Shown here: piece by piece, positions 36,801 to 48,699 of the stretch
Layout: each line of letters opens with the position of its first letter
Position numbering within the stretch: the first letter of the stretch is position 1
Origin: Macrostomum hystrix
Taxonomy: Eukaryota > Animalia > Platyhelminthes
Reading direction: 5' to 3'
DNA length: 64,000 nucleotides
NCBI GenBank assembly: GCA_950097015.1
Contig: CATNEN010000030.1
Span: forward strand, 1,178,001-1,242,000
Notes under the pieces: model-generated
What the model saw: only the letters and a program-made list of their open reading frames with translations
Database searches by the model: none
What the model was told of the DNA's origin: nothing
Made by a program: the position numbers and the translations under genes

Positions 36801-39300
36801 GCAATGACTGAGGCTACGATTCAATGGCAATGACTGAGGCTACGGTTCTATAGCAATGACTGAGGCTACGATTCCATAGCAATGACTGAGGCTACGATTC
36901 TATAGCAATGACTGAGGCTACGGTTCTATAGCAATGACTGAGGCTACGATTCTATAGCAATGACTGAGGCTACGATTCTATAGCAATGACTGAGGCTACG
37001 ATTCTATAGCAATGACTGAGGCTACGGTTCTATAGCAATGACTGAGGCTACGGTTCTATAGCAATGACTGAGGCTACGGTTCTATAGCAATGACTGAGGC
37101 TACGGTTCTATAGCAATGACTGAGGCTACGGTTCTATAGCAATGACTGAGGCTACGGTTCTATAGCAATGACTGAGGCTACGGTACTATAGCAATGACTG
37201 AGGCTACGGTTCTATAGCAATGACTGAGGCTACGGTTCTATAGCAATGACTGAGGCTACGATTCTATAGCAATGGCTGAGGCTACGGTTCTATAGCAATG
37301 ACTGAGGCTACGATTCTATAGCAATGACTGAGGCTACGGTTCTATAGCAATGACTGAGGCTACGGTTCTATAGCAATGACTGAGGCTACGGTTCTATAGC
37401 AATGACTGAGGCTACGATTCTATGGCAATGACTGAGGCTACGATTCTATAGCAATGACTGAGGCTACGATTCTATAGCAATGACTGAGGCTACGATTCTA
37501 TAGCAATGACTGAGGCTACGATTCTATAGCAATGGCTGAGGCTACGATTCTATGGCAATGACTGAGGCTACGATTCAATGGCAATGACTGAGGCTACGGT
37601 TCTATAGCAATGACTGAGGCTACGATTCTATAGCAATGACTGAGGCTACGATTCTATAGCAATGACTGAGGCTACGGTTCTATAGCAATGACTGAGGCTA
37701 CGGTTCTATAGCAATGACTGAGGCTACGGTTCTATAGCAATGACTGAGGCTACGGTTCTATAGCAATGACTGAGGCTACGGTTCTATAGCAATGACTGAG
37801 GCTACGGTTCTATAGCAATGACTGAGGCTACGGTTCTATAGCAATGACTGAGGCTACGGTTCTATAGCAATGACTGAGGCTACGGTTCTATAGCAATGAC
37901 TGAGGCTACTTTTTAAAGCAATGACTGAGGCTACGATTCTATAGCAATGGCTGAGGCTACGATTCTATGGCAATGACTGAGGCTACGATTCAATGGCAAT
38001 GACTGAGGCTACGGTTCTATAGCAATGACTGAGGCTACGGTTCTATAGCAATGACTGAGGCTACGATTCTATAGCAATGACTGAGGCTACGATTCTATAG
38101 CAATGACTGAGGCTACGATTCTATAGCAATGACTGAGGCTACGATTCTATAGCAATGGCTGAGGCTACGATTCTATGGCAATGACTGAGGCTACGATTCA
38201 ATGGCAATGACTGAGGCTACGGTTCTATAGCAATGACTGAGGCTACGATTCTATAGCAATGACTGAGGCTACGATTCTATAGCAATGACTGAGGCTACGG
38301 TTCTATAGCAATGACTGAGGCTACGGTTCTATAGCAATGACTGAGGCTACGATTCCATAGCAATGACTGAGGCTACGATTCCATAGCAATGACTGAGGCT
38401 ACGATTCTATAGCAATGACTGAGGCTACTTTTTAAAGCAATGACTGAGGCTACGATTCTATAGCAATGACTGAGGCTACGATTCTATAGCAATGACTGAG
38501 GCTACGATTCTATAGCAATGACTGAGGCTACGATTCTATAGCAATGACTGAGGCTACGGTTCTATAGCAATGACTGAGGCTACGATTCCATAGCAATGAC
38601 TGAGGCTACGATTCTATAGCAATGACTGAGGCTACGATTCTATAGCAATGACTGAGGCTACTTTTTAAAGCAATGACTGAGGCTACGATTCTATAGCAAT
38701 GACTGAGGCTACGATTCTATAGCAATGACTGAGGCTACGGTTCTATAGCAATGACTGAGGCTACGGTTCTATAGCAATGACTGAGGCTACGGTTCTATAG
38801 CAATGACTGAGGCTACGATTCCATAGCAATGACTGAGGCTACGATTCTATAGCAATGACTGAGGCTACGATTCTATGGCAAAGACTAAGGCTAAGATTCT
38901 ATGGCAATGAGTAAGGATACGATTCTAAAGCAATGACTGAGGCTACTTTTTAAAGCAATGACTGAGGCTACGGTTCTATAGCAATGACTGAGGCTACTTT
39001 TTAAAGCAATGACTGAGGCTACTTTTTAAAGCAATGGCTGAGGCTACGATTCTATAGCAATGACTGAGGCTACGATTCTATAGCAATGGCTGAGGCTACG
39101 ATTCTATGGCAATGACTAAGGCTACGATTCTATGGCAATGACTGAGGCTACGATTCTATGGCAATGACTAAGGCTACGATTCTATGGCAATGACTGAGGC
39201 TACGATTCTATGGCAATGACTGAGGCTACGATTCTATGGCAAAGACTAAGGCTAAGATTCTATGGCAATGAGTAAGGATACGATTCTAAAGCATTGACTG
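33815..39300. repeat. 5.5-kb array of a 26-bp unit (about 210 copies) with a 2464-bp higher-order duplication
   Basis: Unit CTATAGCAATGACTGAGGCTACG(G/A)TT. Diagnostic variants recur exactly 2464 bp apart. Confidence 0.98.
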
Positions 39301-39978
39301 AGTATGGCAATGACAGAGAACAGATTTTTTGTTTAAACTTTGTCACGGAGATGTTGACAATGAACTCTGCCAGAATTTCACACTGAAAAAAACGCCTGCA
39401 GGCGTTCTTTATATATTTCCCAAGAGACAGGCTCGATAAAAAATGAAAATGCTTCATAATTTGAAAATGCAAGCAACTGGGCAAAGCTGTGAATGTGAGA
39501 CAAATCAAGTATTGTTTGAGCGCATGCTCAAGAGTAATATAGTTGCTAGCCTGTTTGTGTGGTTCGCTATGCGTTAGCATTTTTACTGATTTTATTAACT
39601 TTAGCTCAGACAGTGCCAAATACAGTTAGCTGGCCCTGAATCTAGTCCGTGAGGAACTGAAATCTAAATATACTAATTTTCTAGTACTAAAAAACAATGA
39701 CCGGAAAACACTGCATTAGCTAAATCTCTGCTAAGCCTATAGAGAAAAGTAGTTCAGACATTTTAAACAAAATGTGTTTGATAATTTTCAGAGAAGTCTT
39801 TAAATTGAAATGAGGGAAGTTTTTAAGCAGATTTTGCTTTCTCAGAAAACAGTTTTTGCCTGGAGAGGAATAAAAAGGCTAGAGGCTAAATCAAGTATGC
39901 ATTAAAAATCGTAACAAATAGTCTTGGCAGGCGAACGAACACAGAACAATAAAATACCGAAACCAAAGCACAAAACTA

Positions 39979-40354
39979 CGAGGGGTGCTGCAAAAGTTTC
40001 CTGACTGTGGTTGCTGTGCAAGAACAGAATCTCTCTCTCTTGCCTGAATCATCGCCTTCCCCAATGACATTTACTATTACTAATTAAAAATTGTTTATGA
40101 CTTATGCTTAGCTGCTTTATCTCTCATGGGAATCTTTTCCCTAATCAGCAAGTCTGGAAGCCTTGTTCTTATTGAATGATTCGTGTAAATCAAAGTGGCT
40201 CTCCAAACTGTATCACGTGTGCTTGTTTTAAACAGCTATAAGTTTTGCTCAGTAGAGCAGACGTGTAAGGGGTAGTGAGTAATATTTCTGGTCATTCGGA
40301 CATTCTGTTCTTGCACAGCAACCACGGTCAGGAAACTTTTGCAAAAACCCCTCG
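39979..40354. mobile_element. Mariner-type MITE
   Basis: About 50-bp inverted termini: TA|CGAGGGGTGCTGCAAAAGTTTCCTGACTGTGGTTGCTGTGCAAGAACAGAAT and its near-perfect reverse complement ending at 40354. The right TA is mutated to AA. Confidence 0.78.
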
Positions 40355-40589
40355 AACTGGGACAGAAACTCACTACAGTGCAATTGAACAAACGAATAAA
40401 GAGCATTACGAATAAGAACAAGTAGTTAAAACACACGGGGCGAACAGGAACAAACAGTAAACTTACCGTCAGGATTATTCTAGCGAAAAACATTCGCCTT
40501 GATCGGGGAAAAATAGAAGAACCGAGTCTGTTTCCTCTTACCAACACAAAAATATTGAGCAGCTTATAAAGCCGACTGAGAGGACTCGC

Positions 40590-43500
40590 TTAGGACCAGT
40601 CGTCCTCGTTTGGCACTCCGGTGGGCCTCGACTGGAAGCCTTCATCTCTGCCGCCAGAGCCAAAGCCATCGTCGATAATGTGGACCGCGCGACCAACGCC
40701 GTGTCTAATATCGCGATAGTCGCCGCCACGAGTACCACCGCGAGCACCGCGTCCGTTAGCGTAGCCGCCGCCTCCGTAGCTTTCCCGTTCGGCGTATGCC
40801 TCCAGCCAGGCTGGCACTGGCTGCTGGGCGTCGCGCAGACTCTGAACCAGACTCTGAGCTCCCGGACCGTCCACGTTCGGATCGAAAAAGCTGACGGATC
40901 TGCCGATGATGAGGAAGACAAATGGTGAACAGAGGTTCAGGCAAGGTGTAAGGTATGGTGAACCAAGTTTCAGGAAAGGTGTGAAGGTATTGTGAATCAA
41001 GGTTCAGGCAAGGTGTGAAGGTATGGTGAATCAAGGTTCAGGAAAGGTGTGAAGGTATGGTGAACCAAGGTTCAGGAAAGTTGTGAAGGTATGGCGAACC
41101 AAGGTTCAGGAAAGGTGTGAGGATATTAAAAATCGCAAATACAAACATGTGTAATAAAATCTTTGAAAGCACTTCTTACCTGCCCAAATTTCCGCAACGC
41201 CCTGTACGTCCAATCCGGTGCACATAGGTGCTATCATCCTGCGGCAGGTCGTAGTTAATCACTAGCGAAATTCCGGAGATGTCAACGCCGCGAGCCAGCA
41301 CATTGGTGGTCACCATCACCGGCGTGGTGCCGATGCGGAATTCGGCGAAGGCGCGCTGTCGCTCAGCCGGCGGCCTGTCGCCGTGATTGTTCGTAGCCTT
41401 TGAAATTTGAAGTGAGCGGAGTAGTTACGACAAGGCAGTGATGGGTCCTAAGACCTACTTAAAACAGTTTAAAGAGACAGAAATAGGGATCTTACAGGAA
41501 AGCCATTCTCGCACAGCAGCATGCCAATGAGGTTGGCAGTCTCTTTGCGTTCAACAAACACCAGGACCTTGCGCTCGCCAAAACCATTAGGCGACAGATC
41601 TCTGAATTCTTCTAACAGAGCTAATAGAGAGGCCACCTTGTCGCCCTGGTAAACTTCGCGCACCTCCTGCGACACGTCCGGATTAGCAGCGCCGATTCTG
41701 CCAACGGACAAGAAGAGGTAGTCCTGCGATAGGTAGCTGCTAGCCAGTGTTTGGACAGAGGACGGGTAAGTGGCCGAGAACATCACAACCTGGCGTTGCT
41801 TGTCAGCGGACTGCATAAAGAAAACAACATCATCCTGGAAGCCCTGGTCAAGCATGCGATCGGCTTCGTCTAGCACAATGTGCCGAGTGCGAGCCAGGCT
41901 CACAATGTTGCGACCGATAAAGTCCTTTAGTCGACCGCAGGTGGCCACTAAGGCGTGAGCGCCTGACTGCAGAGTCCTAGCCAGGTGGCTGTGCTGAATA
42001 TCACCATGAATGCGTTGCACCTTCAGGCCCACCGGCTGAAAGTAGACTTTAAACAGATCGTACACCTGAGAAACGTGGGACAAGTTGAGGCGGAGCAGAT
42101 TGGAGTTTTTTAATATTCACGTACGCGACCAACGGACCAAGATTTATTTGATAACAAATTTACCTGTGTAGCCAGCTCCCTAGTTGGCACAATAATCAGC
42201 GCAGCCGGATAGCAGACGCCATTGTACACTGTGCTCTCTGTGCTGGGCCTGTCCAACAGTATGCGAATTAGCGGCAGCAAATAGGCCAGTGTCTTGCCCG
42301 AGCCGGTCTGGGCGCAGGCCATTAGATCGCGGCCGGATAGCATAATGGGAATAGCGTAGGCCTGCACCGGAAATATGTTGGAGACGCCGAAATTTGAGGC
42401 CACCCGCAGCACTGAGTCCGGCACGCCGACCTCACTCAGCGATTGGATCCGGTTGGGCCGGTTGTTGCCAGATACCTCTACCTGAGAGAGATTAGAATCA
42501 AGAAACACGAGTAGAATTAGGCATCATGATACGTTTAAGAGTTCAGATATCATATCGGTATAACCCGCCCGCCACAATTCTAGCCGCCGAGCCAGTCCTA
42601 TGCCAAGGATTCTAGCACACCTGACGACCTGAGCCAGTCATATGCCAAGCTTTCTAGCACGCCTGAGCCAGACTATCGCCAAGCTTTCTAGCACGCCTGA
42701 GCCAGACTATCGCCAAGCTTTCTAGCACGCCTGAGCCAGACTATCGCCAAGCTTTCTAGCACGCCTGAGCCAGTCCCTTGCCAAGGTTTCTAGCGGACCG
42801 AGATGTCCCTTGTCATCAAAACAATGGCAAACTAAATAATCGATTGCCTGTTATTTACAGACAGCAGACCTAATTGTTACAGAGGCCTACAACTCAATAG
42901 ACAAGGTATTTGATTTGCTAGGCAAGTAAATAGATTGCACCAACCTCAATCTGGTCAAAGTGGGAAACGTTGACGCCAGTCTTCACCGATAGACGGCAGA
43001 TTTCTTCCTCAGTTAGCTCGGTAGGTATATAAGATTCGCGCATCGGCCGATCGCTATCGTCAGCTTCGGCTCCAACGCGAGTCGGACAGTCACGCGAGAT
43101 GTGGCCGGGCTGGTTGCACTTAAAGCAGGCGCCACCGCCACCGCCTCCACCACCGGACGGCTGGTTCGGACAGTCCCGAGCCATATGTCCAGTCTCATTG
43201 CACTTAAAGCAGGCGCCACCGCCACCGCCTCCACCACCGGACGGCTGGTTCGGACAGTCCCGAGCCATATGTCCAGTCTCATTGCACTTAAAGCAGGCGC
43301 CACCGCCACCGCCTCCACCACCGGACGGCTGGTTCGGACAGTCCCGAGCCATATGTCCAGTCTCATTGCACTTAAAGCAGGCGCCACCGCCACCGCCTCC
43401 ACCACCGGACGGCTGGTTCGGACAGTCACGAGCCATATGTCCAGTCTCATTGCATTTAAAGCAGGCGCCACCGCCACCGCCTCCACCACCGGACGGCTGG

Positions 43501-44075
43501 TTCGGACAGTCCCGAGCCATATGTCCAGTCTCATTGCACTTAAAGCAGGCGCCTCCGCCGCCTCTGCCGCTGGCGCCGCCATTCGAAGTGGGATTCGGGC
43601 AGTCCCGAGCCATGTGCCCGGCTTCATTGCACTTGTAGCAGGTGCCTCCACCGCTCCTGCCGCCACCATTCGAAGGCGGATTCGGACAATCACGAGCCAT
43701 GTGACCAGACTGGTTGCACTTAAAGCAGCCCTGCCCGCGGCTCTGACTATCAGATCCGCCGCCAGCACCAAATCCAATAGTAGCGCCGAATCCAGTTGTA
43801 GCTTGGAATCCAGTTGAAGCTTGGAATCCAGTTGTAGCTTGGAATCCAGTTGAAGCTTGGAATCCAGTGGAAGCAGCGACGCTGGAAGAAGTAGCAGCAA
43901 AGTTACTATCGCCGCCTCCGCCATTGGTTAAAGGGCCAGAATTAGCTACGGCACAAATTGCCTCATTTTTTTTAAAAGTATAGCTACTTGACTGCGCTAC
44001 TACAGGCGGTGATGGAATCTGCTCGTTGCTTGTAGCCACCATAGTCGCGCTTTTCCAAGACCCACGCCCGGCCAT
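40590..44075 (-). CDS. vasa: Vasa/DDX4-class DEAD-box RNA helicase with 8 N-terminal CCHC zinc knuckles
   Basis: Exons: 44075-42945, 42481-42164, 42065-41496, 41397-41180, 40899-40590. Motifs: PVQ (Q motif), AQTGSGKT, PTRELATQ, DEAD, SAT, LARGVD, HRIGRTGR. The acidic C-terminus ending EDDWS* and the CCHC knuckles are typical of invertebrate Vasa. Confidence 0.9.
40925..41120. repeat. 34-bp minisatellite in the last vasa intron
   Basis: Unit AAGGTTCAGGAAAGGTGTGAAGGTATGGTGAACC. Confidence 0.9.
42575..42800. repeat. 34-bp minisatellite in vasa intron 1
   Basis: Unit TTTCTAGCACGCCTGAGCCAGACTATCGCCAAGC. Confidence 0.9.
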
Positions 44076-44345
44076 AGTTTAATAATAGCTTCAATTGTAG
44101 TTGAAGTAAATCAGTCAAATTGATAAAATTTGTTCTGGAAAGGGGTAGAGTTTTCGCAATACATTTTTACATAAAAACAATGGTCAGGAACGTTATTCAT
44201 TTATTCTTTACAGTCAAATACCAATAAGGTGAAAAAATCGGAAAACAAATGAATTAAGAAACAGTTACTAAGAGTACTAAAGCTTTTTATTTATAAATGA
44301 CTATATATTACAAATTAGAGCAATAATTCAAAGCAAGGAGAACAG

Positions 44346-44831
44346 TCAAAGCCCCCTGCGCGGCGTTCGCACAGATTCATCTTCGGCATAATCGTACGGC
44401 CTAGTCCGCTTATCTTTCTGAGGAAACGGCCTAAAGAATGGCATCGGCTTGTGGAACACGGCTACTAGGTCGTCCAACGACGGGCCGTAGCGTTCGCGCT
44501 TGTCGGCCAGCCGGACAATCCCGGGCTTCAACGGAGCAGCCTCAGCGTCTGCTTCAGCAAGTTCAGCCTTGGCTTCAACCGGCATTGGCAAAGTAGATTC
44601 GTAGGGCTGACGCTTTCTGGGATGCCAGGACAGGACAAAACTGCCGCAATGGCTAACAGCGGCGGCGTCTGATTGGTCCAGAGAGCGTCCTAAACTAGCA
44701 CTGTGGTTAGCCGTGCTGCCAGTTCCAAGGGTAGCAGCCACGTGAGGCGGGATACGGATGTCTCGCCGCTGGGCCTGACGGAGCAGCAAGAAGCGATTCA
44801 GCTGCAGTGACACAGACTGAAGCCGCTGCAT
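44346..44831 (-). CDS. MRPL42: Mitochondrial ribosomal protein mL42 (MRPL42/MRPS32)-like, single exon, 161 aa
   Basis: The segments GSFVLSWHPRKRQPYESTLPMP and GPSLDDLVAVFH resemble the conserved mL42 blocks (IVCYHP..IPYEHTKP.P; GP.IEQL..MF), recognised from memory. The Arg/Leu/Ser-rich N-terminus resembles a mitochondrial presequence. Confidence 0.72.
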   Translation of the reverse strand: MQRLQSVSLQLNRFLLLRQAQRRDIRIPPHVAATLGTGSTANHSASLGRSLDQSDAAAVSHCGSFVLSWHPRKRQPYESTLPMPVEAKAELAEADAEAAPLKPGIVRLADKRERYGPSLDDLVAVFHKPMPFFRPFPQKDKRTRPYDYAEDESVRTPRRGL

Positions 44832-45800
44832 TAGTGGTCGCTGAAATTTTTTTAGATAGCGCTAATTCAACAGTCCTTAACTACTACTACCAATAGTGTA
44901 CACTAATAATACCCTTAAATACTAGTTAAAAGCATAAAATAAATCGCAAAAAACTTGCAGTCTGCGCGTAAATATATATTTATTAGCAACGAAAAATCAT
45001 TAGCACAGGTCATTAAATACAAAAAAACTGTATATTTCAGTTCTGCATAAAAATGGTAGATTTTTGTTACTCTGGGCGCGTATATTGTGTTTCATGGGAA
45101 CAAAGGGTAGATTGGCGCAGAATAAAGAATCATTGATGAACGAGGCAAATTGTAACGAAACATCTGAGCTTTAACTAGTTTAGAATTAAATGTTTGATTA
45201 AGAACGCAAAGCTCTCAAATAAAAAGTAATACTGTGTCTTGTAGCCTTCTATCAAAACTGTTTTTAACATCTAACTTACAGTAATATAATCAAATTCTAT
45301 ATAGTCTGAAAAAACAGACCAACTTGGAAGAAAGAACACAAAATAGGTATGTAATATTGAACCTAGAACACCTGGCACAATCCACTTCTATGTATTGACA
45401 CAATAATAAACTAGAAAAAACTGAGTAGAGAAAAGTGAAATTTGTGAATAAACGGAAGGGTGGAATAAGAGGCAAGGCGTTGTGTCAAGTCCGAATTCGT
45501 TGTTTCGTTATTTTTGCCGCATTGCAAACCATCTAGAGAATAAGAAACAATATCTATTTCAAATGTAAACAGTCTAATGTATATATCATGTGCTTTGCGC
45601 AAGCTGACGTAGTAGTGTACAGTTCGCTTTAGTCCTCGAGCATAAACCGTTTCTGTAATTGCGAGCTTTAAAAATATAGCCTTATTTCAATGTTAATTAA
45701 GAGGGATATTTGTTAAACAAAATAAATGTATGTACAAAAATCTCGGATAATAAAATATATCCGATTATAAGCAAACAAATATTTTGCGAATGGCGAAGGT

Positions 45801-46198
45801 TTAGCCGAACATTTCCTGACTCGCATAAGTCATGTACAAGAAGCCGTCTTCGTCTCGGTCGCAATCATACACCTGGCCAAGGGTTGCTGACATGGCAACC
45901 AAACATTTGTTATTTACTAGCAGGTAGAAGGCCTGATTCTGATCAATCCGAATGCGCTGTCTAATGATGGCAGCAAATTGGCCAACTGTGAGCTCTTCTG
46001 GCACAAGAAATTTAGCCTTGTCCAAGCTGGCCAGCGAGCGTTCCCGAGGATAGCGTTCAACAATTACTGGCACCTTGGCTGGAAAGCGGCATTTTATGTG
46101 CGCCGACTCTGCCTGGCGCTGGCCTAGAGTCTTTTTAGCCTTGAACCGGGCCGGCTGCTGGCTGGGAGACTGCGCCAGGGCGACGGCTTCGCAACTGG
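45801..46198 (-). CDS. MAP1LC3: Atg8/MAP1LC3 (LC3C-like) ubiquitin-like autophagy protein; start codon unresolved
   Basis: Continuous frame FKAKKTLGQR...FPAKVPVIVERY...LDKAKFLVPEELTVGQF...AFYLLVN...DEDGFLYMTYASQEMFG*. The acceptor cccacAG at 46200-46199 is phase 1. A possible ATG mini-exon lies at 46293-46254 with a 55-nt intron (speculative). Confidence 0.88.
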
Positions 46199-47964
46199 CT
46201 GTGGGCAGAAATTTTGTGTTTTACCAAGCCTAAATTTATTGAATATTATTCACTGGGATAAGTAAGACAGCAAATATACTGAAAAGGTTGCATTAAATAT
46301 GCATACTTTACTTTTTTAGCTTTTGACATAACAAAAACTACAAGAACAAACGTCGCCTGCTCACGACTAAAGAAGAAGGGAAGATCGCGACGCTGAGGGA
46401 GAATGCAAGCTTTTTGAAGCTGAACTAAAGGCTTTCAAGGAACACAGCCCCAATGAGATATTCTTGCTGACGTCACCAAACCATGTAAATCTCTTGCTGT
46501 AATCAGCCAGTTGCTCTATGATAATGTACTGGCTGTCAAGGAAATGAAGTACTGAACATTGAAGCAGACCGTTACTGCTGTCGATAAAGTTGGCTGATTT
46601 CTCACCAAGATGCGGCGCCAAGCTCTAACTGCTGCCACAGCTCAAGAGCACATGGACTGCACGCAAACCTGGACCAAGTCCTCATTGAAGAAGAGAATCT
46701 ACTACAGAAAGCTGGCAGATGAACAGGAAGAAAAGCTTCCGACCCCTCAAGAATTCCTGGCTGCCATCCAAATGTGAATCTTAATATAAGCATTTGCAGA
46801 GACATAAGTTGGAACTAGGTGAGATGATACTATAATCATTTTTCAAACATTATAGATATATATTCTAGCATAACTATTTTCGAACAAACTAATATAAAAA
46901 AAATAAATAAATAAACAGAATTTAGAATAAGCGGACCAAAAACTTGGTTTATAGATAGAGAGAAGCAAATATACATAATACAAAGGGTGCATCGAAGCTA
47001 TTATTAGCCATATTTATCTAACTCACTGAAATGTATTAACTGTAATGTAATGTATTAAATAACATGTACAATTACTCCATGGTACTATGAGTGTATGTAC
47101 GTTACAGATATTCAGCAGAATGCCTATCTACAAGGGTAATTAAAGTGCAAGGGCAAGGCTAATGAGCTAATAAGAAAAAAATAATAGCAAAGAACAATAT
47201 AACAACTTTTTTCTCACACTGACTAGCTCGCCTAGGTCAAACATTAGATCTAGAGCTGTCAAATCTGGTGCTGATACCACCAATTCAAAATCTCAAAGAT
47301 CTGACAACAGTATTTGCCTATAAAAATCCTCTGGAACACAAGGAAGAACTTACTATTTGTCTTGCATCAAAGCAACTTCTACCTGCAGAGAGAGATGTGT
47401 GGCCAGCAAAACAGTGCACAAGCATTGCTCATAACATGACAGACAGAATAAGACTTCTGCTATCCTGCCAATCCAGCTCTCTGTCTAGCTCTTTGTTTTG
47501 GCCCATGGCATACACCACATACCCAGAGATAAACATTATTGTCTGATGATTGCTTTTATTTTCTTTGAAAAGTCACAAAATCTAAAATGTACTGCAGATG
47601 CTCCTTGTCTCTATAAAGAAGTTACATCATATAAAGGTCTTAAAGACTGAATCCCAATGTCCCAAGAATTATATCAATTCACAAAATTGGCAAAAAGTCA
47701 ATGTATTTATTTTAAAAGAATCTCTAGAAAATTAAGCTACTTATAACCTATTACCTATCTAAAAATGTTTTTCATGGAAGAAAAGACCTCAGTCAAGTTG
47801 CGAATATTCTAATGAAAATAAACTTTTGTCTGTTTTCAAATGTGGTGTTGCTTTTATTATTGTGGGTCAGTGGCATAGCAGTTAAAGCATTTACCATTTG
47901 CACAGAGGTCTATAAGCTCAATTCTATAGCAAAGCTATATTAGTTTAGGGTACAGTAGCAAAGA

Positions 47965-48060
47965 GAAGACTGGGGGGCTTGACATGTAATTTACACCCCT
48001 GAGGGCCAAGCTCTAAGGCATAGTGAAAGTGTACATTGCCTAACAATTAGTGTATATGTA
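47965..48060 (+). mobile_element. Old diverged SINE family 1 fragment
   Basis: GGGCTTGACATGTAATTTACACCCCTGAGGGCCAAGCTCTAAGGCATAGTGAAAGTGTACATTGCC aligns to 4650-4720. Confidence 0.65.
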
Positions 48061-48699
48061 CTTAATTGTGATTTATGATTAATTACTCATTAATCATTGA
48101 GTACTCATGGAAATTAAATATTCACTAAAAACAAATAGTGTCCTTGTTAGATTTAAGTTTGATAAGCTAAGTTTTCCAAATTTTAGGAGCTAGGCTTAGA
48201 AATTTAAGTGCTCTTATATTTAGAGCTATAGATACAGTACAGTGACTACAGTTTTTGGGCCATAACTACACAATACAGAAATATCTGAGAAGCCCAACCA
48301 AAAAGGTATTAATTTGGGCATAACTTAGGTTACCCACACATCCCTATAAATTACCAAAATACTAGTGTTGGCTTCTGAATATTTTGATTAGGATATTTGG
48401 GATTATTTGGAAATTATGGAACTTTTTAGGCCCTTATTCAGAATTATTTTAATATGCTTCTGAATGTATTGAGAAAGTAATACAAGTTGTGATTTTAAAA
48501 GTACAATAATATAATACAATTGGGCATAGTTCTAGTTTACTTCATTATATTGATTTTATATATTTTCTTACTTTTACAACAACCTATTCAGCCAATATGG
48601 CTTGTCACCCAGCTGCACTGATAGTTATTTGCCATGTAAATGAAATTGTTAATGCTGCCAAGCTTTTAAACTATACAACAAGAAACTTTAGCATTTGGA

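Noticed and set aside
33815-39300. CRISPR-like appearance of the regular 26-bp array
   Set aside because: The units are head-to-tail with no unique spacers, there are no cas genes, and the context is eukaryotic.
43013-43924. Alternative-frame and antisense ORFs over vasa, the esterase-like gene, EXTL3 and GMPR
   Set aside because: These are shadow ORFs of GC-rich or repetitive coding exons.
46340-46805. Short ORFs upstream of LC3
   Set aside because: No recognisable domain, and frames are interrupted on both strands. Possibly a transposon relic, but not supportable.
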